From the NCBI GenBank assembly GCA_054661495.1, contig BAAFSQ010000076.1, positions 1 through 32,000 on the forward strand: a stretch of 32,000 bases of DNA. Reading direction: 5' to 3'. A program made the translations under genes and the position numbers. Shown here one piece after another: positions 1 through 9,100 of this stretch (position 1 is the stretch's first letter; every line of letters begins with the position of its first letter). The notes beneath the pieces are model-generated. The model was given only the letters and a program-made list of their open reading frames with translations, had not been told where the DNA came from and made no database searches. Source of the DNA: Zygophlyctis sp. KS116. Its lineage: Eukaryota; Fungi; Chytridiomycota.

Positions 1-700
1 GCGCGTTTTGGCCTTTAAAAGTCAGTCGGAGCTTGAGTTTTGATCTTTGTCGATCAGCCACTTCAGAGCCTGCTACATTTGATTTTGTGTCTCTATCCTC
101 AAATTTTTGTATCAAGATCAACTTAGACGTTTCATTACATTCTTTAATGTTCACTCTGACCCATTCTCTATCAGTCAGATGATCTAGTGTTCCGCAATGC
201 CAAGTATCGGTCAAAGTGAAGATGATTTGTATTTGTATTTAAAAACATTATTTGTATTTGAGATAACTGCATTTAATTTCTTGAGAATTCATTTAAAAAA
301 AATGTGATAAATGAAACTTTTTACCCTGAGATCTAACATGGGGATTAATATCTAAACGATAGATTAAATTGACGATTATCCAGTCCTAAACTAACTTCTG
401 TAAGAGTTAAACACTCTAAATAAAGTTTTTATTTACTAAGCTGTTAGCACGTTCATGCTGCTGTAGTTCATTATTTTCTCAAAATTGAACTATTAGGAAA
501 TCAGCGTCTGCAGGATTGATGCAGATCCCAAGATCTCGATGCTCATACTCAGTTGGCTGACAACTATCAATATACAGCCTACTTTAATACTGAAATAGTC
601 AAGGAATACTCAATAGATGATTATTAAACTATTGCCAATCGTCCGCAATTAAATTAATGTTGTTTATGATTGAGTTTTGAAATCCAACAAATTAAACCTA

Positions 701-713
701 GACGCGTCGCGTC
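701..713 (+). promoter_or_regulatory. CGCG-containing element (MCB-like ACGCGT) just upstream of CIT1
   Basis: GACGCGTCGCGTC ends 13 bp before the ATG in otherwise AT-rich DNA. A related ACGCGAAAA lies at 8519-8527 before VMA3. Confidence 0.35.
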
Positions 714-726
714 ATCGGCAAAAAAA

Positions 727-2143
727 ATGTTGAGACTCAGAAGCTATTCATCTAAACCGCAATCTTTAAAGGCTCGCCTCAAGGAGATTATTCCAGTCAA
801 GCAGGCAGAAGTCAAGGCAGTCCGTGCAGAATATGGGGCAAAGAGTCTTGGTAATTCTACAGTTGATATGGTAAGTTGTGGCGATACTAAAATTACAGGC
901 TTATGGAGGTATGCGGGGGATAAAAGGGATGATTTGGGAAACTTCAGTATTAGATGCTGATGAGGGAATAAGATTTAGAGGATATACTATCCCAGAATGT
1001 CAAAAGTTGTTACCATCTGCTAAAGGTGGAGAAGAACCTCTCCCAGAAGGTCTTTTTTGGTTGCTTATGACTGGTGAAATTCCTTCTCAGGATCAAGTTG
1101 CTGAATTGTCGGCTGATTGGGCGGCTAGATCCGCTATTCCCGCGTATGTTGAAGATATTTTGGATAGATGTCCAAATACTTTACATCCAATGAGTCAATT
1201 CTCTTTAGCAGTAGTTGCTCTTCAGCAAGAGTCTAGTTTTGCGAAAGCTTATCAAAATGGAGTGTCAAAGACTAGTTACTGGGAGTATGTGTATGAGGAT
1301 GCTAATGATTTAATTGCTAAACTTCCAAATGTAGCTGCTAGAATTTACAGAAATGTTTTCAAAGATGGAAAAGTTCCAGATATTGATCCTAAATTGGATT
1401 ATGGAGCTAATTTTTCAAAACTTTTGGGATATTCTGATCCAAAGTTTATAGAACTAATGAGATTATATCTGACAATTCATTCTGATCATGAAGGTGGAAA
1501 TGTTAGGTATCTTTACCAACCTTAATTATAGTGCTCATGCTACTCATTTGGTTGGGAGTGCTCTCTCAGATCCTTATTTATCCTTTTCTGCAGGACTTAA
1601 CGGACTAGCAGGTCCACTTCATGGATTAGCTAATCAAGAAGTCCTTCGTTGGATCATTAAAATGAAGGATGAAGTTGGTTATGGAGCTACTGATGCTCAA
1701 ATTAAAGATTATATCTGGAAAACATTGAAATCTGGCCAAGTAGTTCCAGGATATGGTCATGCTGTTTTAAGAAAGACAGATCCTCGTTATACTTGTCAAA
1801 GAGAATTCGCCTTGAAACATTTGCCAACAGATCCAATGTTCAAGTTGGTGAGCCAACTTTACAATATTGTTCCTGGAGTTTTGACTGAACATGGTAAAAC
1901 AAAGAATCCATGGCCAAATGTTGATGCCCATAGTGGTGTTTTACTTCAGGTAGTATATATTTATTAAATTATTAGCATTTCGGCTTTGTTGAACAAGATT
2001 ATTACACTGTTCTCTTTGGTGTTTCTCGTGCGCTTGGAGTCATGTCTGGTCTTGTATGGGCCAGGATTTTGGGATTACCAATCGAAAGACCCAAATCATT
2101 AAGCACTGAAATGATTCGAAAAATGTTTTCAACAGCAAAATAA
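727..2143 (+). CDS. CIT1: Mitochondrial citrate synthase, 4 exons, 445 aa
   Basis: ATG at 727 after a poly-A run. Introns 871-898, 1507-1531 and 1950-1975 (28/25/26 nt) restore the motifs [65 protein letters not shown] and LPIERPKS. Stop TAA at 2141-2143. Confidence 0.97.
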
Positions 2144-2202
2144 AGAATGACATTATATTCTAAATTAATGAAATTTTTCTTAAGTCAAACACAACTGGTA
2201 TT

Positions 2203-3054
2203 TTACAAACTTGGACGCTTCTTAATTGATAGTAAGAGAAGCAGTTCTTCCATTTTTTCATCTTGATTCACTACCATATCCTTGAACCTTGATATATTTG
2301 CCTTTGTTTTTTCTATTTCTCTTTTAAAATTTTCAGATTTCCTAAATTGATCTGAAATATCCGTTTTAGTTTTTTTAATTTCTGGTGAATCATACTTTTG
2401 AATCACATAATCATCCTCTGAAGCCAGTAATTCCTTAAATTTCAATTGATTTTTTTCAATTTCTTGATATAGATCTTGTAGTTCTGGCCAAGCGGGTAAT
2501 TTATTCAATAGCCAATCTTTTAAAAAACCAATCTTCCCCTTGAATAAAAGAAGCATCCTTTGTCTTTCATCCAGGGTATCGTTAAGCTCCTTCTTATACA
2601 ATTTTCCTATATAAACAACCAATTCTTTTTCCAACTCCTTGACTGTAGATTTACATCCTAATATTTCTTTTTGCATGATTTCTCTCCTTTCCTTCAAACT
2701 TTTAATCTGCTGAAAGAGAGTATGGAGCATTCCTCCATGACCATTTTCACAAGTTAACTTTTGAATCTTGTATTTTAGAAATTCCTTTTCCTTTTGAATA
2801 TTAGATAGTCCTTTTATAACCAGAGAGTATTCATTCTTAATATCTGAGAGCAGATCTTCATAAATTGTAAAATGTGAAATAAATTCAGAAAATAGGTATT
2901 CGATTTCTTGCAAATCCATTGTATTTCCAATCCTGTCTTGTATTTCCACTAGAGATAAATGCCTATGAGATTTTCCTATTTTTGGCAAGTAAAATGCTCT
3001 TTTTCTTCTGGGAAGGAATGAATAATCAATTGTAGATGGAATACTAAGTTTCAT
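2203..3054 (-). CDS. Coiled-coil protein, probable TSNAXIP1_N-domain (TSNAXIP1/C6orf118-like) protein, about 283 aa
   Basis: Single long ORF rich in K/E/L heptads. The segment LFSEFISHFTIYEDLLSDIKNEY resembles the TSNAXIP1 N-terminal domain (recognised from memory, not searched). The first ATG is at 3054; the start is uncertain. Confidence 0.6.
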   Translation of the reverse strand: MKLSIPSTIDYSFLPRRKRAFYLPKIGKSHRHLSLVEIQDRIGNTMDLQEIEYLFSEFISHFTIYEDLLSDIKNEYSLVIKGLSNIQKEKEFLKYKIQKLTCENGHGGMLHTLFQQIKSLKERREIMQKEILGCKSTVKELEKELVVYIGKLYKKELNDTLDERQRMLLLFKGKIGFLKDWLLNKLPAWPELQDLYQEIEKNQLKFKELLASEDDYVIQKYDSPEIKKTKTDISDQFRKSENFKREIEKTKANISRFKDMVVNQDEKMEELLLLLSIKKRPSL

Positions 3055-3081
3055 TACCAAATCTATTATAGATGTTGTACG

Positions 3082-5173
3082 TCATTCGGATAATTCAAGA
3101 TCATCGGACTCTTCACGATGATGTGATTTTATAATGAGACTGCCAATCCAAATTGATAAAAGAGCAGCAGCATATTTTCCATAAGGCCTAATTTTAATCT
3201 AAAATTCAAGATACATCATGCGATTCTTAAACCATAGGCTAGATACTTGGCTATTAAAGTATCTTTCGGCCTGTGATAAAATACGATCAGAAGGAGGTTG
3301 ACCATTACTTTCATTAAATTAAATAAATATACGATAGAGCAGCTACTTGCTTGATCTTTGAGGAAGATCTAAAATTAAAATTAAAATTCTTACATCCAAA
3401 TCATTTCATGATTAAACCAACCATTCCAATTTTTGTGCTTATTATAACTTTTTATTACTAAAGTTCACTTACATTTCTTTCAAAGAATTCCAACCTTTAG
3501 AAAGTTTTTCACTATTGAGGTCTTGATTATCGATTGAATCAATTCTTAATTTATTAGTGATAAGCTTTTACATTTCCGATAATCGCATCAAACCTTCGAT
3601 TTTTTGTGGATCTTCTAAATTGTTGTGACTTAAATCACTTTTCGAATTATTAGTACTTATTTACATGATATATAGGTTTTGTAGGCCATTCAAGATCCTT
3701 TCTGGTACTTCTCCCGTCAAGTGATTATTTTGCAGGTACAATTCATTTAGTTCTATCAATCCTCCCATCTCTTCCGGTACAAGTCCCTCGAGGTAATTTT
3801 GGTGAAGATCACTATAATTAACCCAAATTTTAATTGATTTACAGCTCCTTCAAGTTTTTCATATTTCCAATTTCCTTTGGAATATTTCCAGACAACCTGT
3901 TATTGTTCAAGTATCTTATAATCAGCTTAACTGTCTTACAGTCTTTCCAATTTTACTAAATTTCCAAGCTCGGTTGGAATAGAACCAGTAAAGTGATTAA
4001 ACTTTAAACTCCTTTCAAAATTAGTATAATATAGATACAAAAATTTCAATTCAGTCAATTGACTAACCCATGATGGAATAGATCCAGAAAATCTGTTATT
4101 ATGCAATACCCTTGAATTCATAAATTAAAAAACATACAATCTTTCCAGACTAGTCAGAGCCTCCAAATCTTTTGGGATAATTCCAGAAAATTGATTATTA
4201 CTTAGGTAACTTTTACAATTAGCTTGAACTATTTACAGCATCTGCAACTTTTCTAAATTTCCAATCTCGGACGGAATTGATCCCTTAAGCTTATTACCTG
4301 AAAGACTTCTATCGATTAGCTTCAACAATATGTACAGAAAAGTCAAAGTCTTCAAATTTCCAATTTCTTTGGGAATCTCTCCATTCAACTTGTTATTTTC
4401 CAACCAACTATCCTGAGTTATAAAAAAGCATACAGACTTGTAAGACTCGGACATAAAGTCGGAATCCTTCCAGAAAGAGCATTCATATACAAATGCCTAT
4501 TATTCAGATTATAACTACTTACAACTTTTGCAAGAATTCTAGATTCCCAATGGACTCTGGTATTTCTCCTTGCAGTTCATTCCTGTATAGAAAACTTTTA
4601 ATTAAAAGAGAAATGTACTTACATATTAACGATATTTTTCAAGTTTCCTATTTCTAAAGGAATCTTTCCATTTAATTGATTTCTTTCAAGATATCTTATA
4701 TTAGATCTACAAGATTACAATTCCTTTAAATTTATCAAATTCCCAATTTCAGCAGGTATTGATCCGTTTAATCTATTTCCTGAACAATCACTTTTATAAA
4801 TAATCCCAACTTACAGTTTTTCCAAATTAACCAAATTTGATATGCCGACTGGCAATGATCCGGATAGTTGATTATCTGAAAGATCACTTTGCATTAATAA
4901 TCCTAAATAATACAGATGCTTTAGATTTTTCAATTGACCAATCTCTAAAGGAATCTCTCCAAAAAGACCATCATGTTTCCAATTAATCTCAATAACCATT
5001 GAATCCTTAATAGTCACACCATGCACTGAATGCATTGAAACAGTTGTTTTTCCACCCATTTTCCTATAAATCGCCTTCACCAACTTGATCTCATTCATTT
5101 GATTCTGATAAGTAGAGTAAATTCCTAGAGGAAACAAGAGCCATAATGCAAAAATCCATCCATGATGCATCAT
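3082..5173 (-). CDS. LRR receptor-like protein: signal peptide, about 14-15 plant-type 24-aa LRRs, degenerate repeats, short hydrophobic segment and acidic tail; 19 exons, 538 aa
   Basis: N-terminus MMHHGWIFALWLLFPLGIYS. Repeats follow LxLxxNxLxGxIPxEIGNLxxLxxL. Introns (plus-strand coordinates): 4887-4913, 4791-4814, 4695-4718, 4595-4622, 4497-4522, 4408-4433, 4309-4335, 4210-4236, 4111-4137, 4012-4038, 3915-3939, 3812-3842, 3638-3664, 3545-3571, 3448-3472, 3369-3393, 3308-3332, 3188-3214. The spliced frame is open to TGA at 3084-3082. C-terminus YAAALLSIWIGSLIIKSHHREESDDLELSE. The last four introns are less certain because no repeat consensus guides them. Confidence 0.88.
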
Positions 5174-5190
5174 CCCGAATATTTTTAGAA

Positions 5191-5242
5191 TAAATTTGCA
5201 ATTATAAATTTGCAATTCATTGCTAATTTGTTGGCAAATTTA
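5191..5242. repeat. Direct and inverted repeat in the divergent LRR/ABCA intergenic region
   Basis: TAAATTTGCAATT occurs at 5191-5203 and 5205-5217, with an inverted partial copy GCAAATTTA at 5234-5242. Confidence 0.7.
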
Positions 5243-5282
5243 CTGAATGCATTTCTGGCAATCGTAATCAGCTACAATCATC

Positions 5283-8200
5283 ATGGCGAAAGTGTCGAAA
5301 GAGTAATTTTGTTTCTATTTTGTATTTATAGTTGCATATGTTCTGTAAAAAGTCCGAATTCGTCGACCGGTCAAGGCTTGTCCACCTACAAATTCATGAA
5401 TCAAATCCGTGCGGTTGCATTCAACAAGGTATCATATCAGAAGAGGCAGGTATTTACAAACATTTCATGTGTGTCAATCTGTCCAATGACAATTGTATTT
5501 TTATCTTGGGGGCTTGGATTGCTGATTCAATCTTTAATAACTCCTTCTAGACGGCTGGAAGAAAATCTATTTTGTTCAAACTTGTCCGATTTCTATAATT
5601 TAAATTACAGCTGTAAATTAAGTTGTTTTTTAACATTTTTAGATGGGGATGCATCCAATATCCCAAGGGCCAAAAACGATATCATCAAAAATACATTTAA
5701 TCCACCGTCAGTCTTTTTACCAAATTCATGTGTTTATTATTTTGGAAAAAGTACTTCATTTTCACTTCCGTTTCAAAATTACTCTGTAGAAACTATGCCA
5801 GAAATTAAGGATTCAACTTATTGGGGACAGCCTAGAGGTGGTTGGTTAGATTCAAACCTGGTAAATGTATCCGATCCTTTTCAACAGGATAAATTTAATA
5901 GACTGCTACTAATTCAACAAAAATCGTTTGTTATTTTAGCTTCAGATCCGAATTTACGAAATATAATAGGACCAGTGCAGTCGATACAGAAATTAAATAT
6001 CACACAATTCTCATCAGCAAAAGACAATAACAATTTTACAGACTTGATATCTGCGATTCCCTATCGGTATTATCTTAATATTTCTTCATTGGATGTTACT
6101 TTGACTAATTTGGAATTTGTAAAAGTTCCATACTTTGAATGGTTTCCTTTCAATACGACTTTGGAAGGAATTGATGATTATTTTAATGATTTGATTCTAA
6201 ATGTTTTAGAAAGGATTAATAATGTGGATAAAATAGCGCTTATTCAAGATAACTCAGCAACTGAAACGCTATCTGAATATTATATAAACTCTGCTCTGAC
6301 TGTAACAGATTTACCATACGGTGCACTTTATTTTTCTAGCATAAATTATTCTAGTCTCGATTTTAAGTACACGTTGGTTTTTGGAAGTGATTCAAGGATA
6401 AGTAGTGGAGCTTGGAATTTTCCGGATGCTGGTTTAAGACGGATTATTATGCAGAGTCAACTTTCTAATGCTTTTTTAAGGTCGAGTGGAGATAAGTGGA
6501 AGGATTTTGAGATATCAGGAGGACTCAGAATGTTTCCAATGATAGGGACCAATGAATTTAAAATACCCGTGGGCAGTTTAATTGGAAGAATTGTTTATCC
6601 TTTTGGGGTCTCTTTTCTGTTACCAATATTTGTAGTCATCTTGGTAAAGGAAAAGGAAAATAGGATACAAATTATGACCAAAATGAATGGCCTACATTCC
6701 GCTGTGTACTATCTAGGTCATTATATACATTTTTATATTTTGCATATTCTTTCATCCGCTGTTTTCTTATTATCAGGGTATATATCTCAAATGGAAATGT
6801 TTACAATGACTTCCTGGGACGTATTGATCATCGTATGGCTTACATGGGGATTTGCACAAATAGCTACTGCATTTTTATTATCAGTGTTTTTCCAGCAGTC
6901 AAGCTTGGCCCTAGGTATTTTGATTAAACTAAGAAGAAGTCTTGACATTTGTCGCTACATTGACTGGTGTTATTGTGTCGAATGCAGTTGATTTTATTTT
7001 TGTTTCTGCAAATCCACCATTAATATACATGATTTGGCCGCCCTTTGCATTTTACAGATGTATTTCAGTTATGAATGCTGCAACATTAGGAGCTGCCGTT
7101 CAGGCACAATTTGGAGGAAATAGTGATGGTGTTACTGTAAATCCGTACAAATTAAGCTACTTAAAACCGGGAGACGAGGTTTTTAACGCAATTATGATGA
7201 TGTATGGATGTACAGTGTTTTTCCTTATCATGACAGCTTATTTAAGTCAAGTGCTACCTTCCAAATTTGGCGTCGCTAAGAGATGGGATTTTCCTCTAGA
7301 GTGGATTTATAAAATATTTACAAAACCTGAAAATAAAGTTGTGAATGGTCTGATTAAAGAACCAAGTGTGCATGGAGACCAGGATGTAATAGAAGAACGC
7401 CAAAGAGTTGATTTGGGACAAGTATCAAAAGATTCGCCTTTAATAATTAAGCATTTACACAAGTCTTTTGGAAAGAAAGTTGCTGTCGATAGTATCTCTT
7501 TTTCCGTAGAAAAAGGAATTGTATTTGGCCTATTGGGAGAAAATGGTGCTGGCAAAACTACCTTGATTTCTGTTTTAACAGGTCTTTTTTCTTGCGACTC
7601 TGGCACAGCTATCTTGGCTGGATACGATACTTCAACAGAAATGAAATTTATTCATAAAAGAATTGGCATTTGTCCTCAATACGACATTCATTGGGACGAC
7701 CTTACTATTGAAGAGCACTTACTTTTTTACGCAAGATTAAAAGACTCACCAATCAAGTTTGAAAAAGAAATTGTAGAAAAATCTTTACAGGATGTCGGAC
7801 TTGCTGGTATGGGACATCGTCTTGCACGTAGTCTATCTGGCGGTGAAAAGAGAAGACTCTCTATAGCCATGGCACTAGTGGGAGATCCTTGCCTTGTATT
7901 TTTAGATGAACCAACGACTGGACTTGACCCAGAAGTACGTAGAATTGTTTGGAAAATCATTCAACAATGTAGAAAAAGTCAAACTTTTCTATTAACCACT
8001 CATTCAATGGAAGAAGCAGAAGTTTTATGTCAAAGAATTGGTATAATGTCAAGGGGAAATCTAGAATGTATTGGTTCACCACTTCATTTAAAGAAACTGT
8101 ATGGAACTGGTTTCAAAATAACTGTCAAATACCTTGACCAAGAATTAGCCAAGACTTTTATGAGCAATTTACTAAATTTGTATTGCGAAACTTGGTCCTT

Positions 8201-8400
8201 TACCGCCACATTTGCTACTGGAATGATTATTGAACTACTTCCCAAACAAGAAATCTCTTTGGCAGACCTTTTTGAAGATATAGAGAATGGAAAAGATAAT
8301 CATGGCATTGACTGTTGGAGTCTTTGCCAGACTACCCTTGAAGTAATTTTATTATTATTAATTGTAGCAAGTATTTATCAAGATTACAAACGAATCATAG
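5283..8400 (+). CDS. ABC transporter subfamily A, half-size (one TMD + one NBD), 5 exons, about 1002 aa
   Basis: N-terminal QIRAVAFNKVSYQKRQ + TM1, a large exocytoplasmic loop, then LVKEKENRIQIMTKMNGL. Walker A GENGAGKTT, signature LSGGEKRRLS, Walker B VFLDEPTTGLD, H-loop LTTHSMEEAE, C-terminal TTLEQVFIKIT. Introns 5303-5331, 5613-5642, 6915-6939, 8343-8367. Stop TAG at 8398-8400. Confidence 0.93.
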
Positions 8401-8536
8401 TATCTCTTGAAATCTCATCAATCTCATGAATTATAAAAATTGTAAAAGCAATAAAAATTATAAAAATAATAGAAATAATATTATAAAGAGTTCACAGTCA
8501 CAAAACGCCAAGCCGTGAACGCGAAAAATAAAAAAA

Positions 8537-9076
8537 ATGCCATTGACATTCACAGAAGCTTGCCCTGCTTACAGGTACTTTTCCTAATTAATCTCTAGTC
8601 CATTCTTTGGAGCCATCGGATGTGCCGCCTCCATAATCTTTTCTTGTTTTGGAGCTGCCTATGGAACTGCTAAATCCGGTGTTGGAATAGCAGCTATGGG
8701 AGTCATGAGACCAGAACTCATTATGAAGAATGTAATTCCAGTTGTTATGGTATATTTATTAATTTAAATCCAGGCGGGTATCATTGCAATTTATGGTGTT
8801 GTTGTATCAGTCTTGATCAGTGGAGGATTAAAACAAATGATGTCTTTGTATGCAGGATTTATATTTTTTGCTGCTGGTTTGTCTGTCGGACTCTCTGGTC
8901 TTGCCGCAGGTTTTGCCATTGGAGTAGTGGGCGATGCAGGTGTTCGTGGGTCTGCACAACAACCAAAACTATTTGTGGGGATGATTTTAATTCTTATTTT
9001 TGCAGAAGTATTGGGTCTGTATGGACTGATTGTGGCTTTAATTTTGAATACTCGAGCGTCTGACGCAAGTTGCTGA
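8537..9076 (+). CDS. VMA3: V-type H+-ATPase 16-kDa proteolipid subunit c, 3 exons, 163 aa
   Basis: Motifs [34 protein letters not shown] and [28 protein letters not shown] (with the conserved Glu). Introns 8575-8598 and 8750-8773 (24 nt each). Confidence 0.97.
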
Positions 9077-9090
9077 GTAAAATTTTACTT

Positions 9091-9096
9091 AATAAA
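9091..9096 (+). terminator. Candidate AATAAA polyadenylation signal of VMA3
   Basis: AATAAA lies 14 nt after the VMA3 stop and 4 nt before the UTP10 ATG. AATAAA also overlaps the stops of CIT1 (2139-2144) and UTP10 (15231-15236). The AT-rich background weakens this call. Confidence 0.35.
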
Positions 9097-9100
9097 AAAG

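Noticed and set aside
449-627. Selenoprotein candidate (in-frame TGA next to a Cys codon)
   Set aside because: No start codon or credible upstream exon (it would need a 49-nt intron and still meets stops). No recognisable selenoprotein family and no SECIS that I could identify.
3545-4913. Roughly 98-bp periodicity resembling a CRISPR array or satellite
   Set aside because: The period is a 72-nt LRR exon plus a ~26-nt intron. There are no identical nucleotide repeats, and the context is eukaryotic.
5210-5282. Apparent overlap of ORFs 4811-5215 (-) and 5210-6991 (+)
   Set aside because: An artefact of TTG starts. The likely ATGs are 5173 and 5283, which do not overlap.
8401-8490. A-rich quasi-repeats (ATAAAAATT) after the ABCA stop
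   Set aside because: Low-complexity 3'-end/terminator-type sequence with no defined repeat unit.
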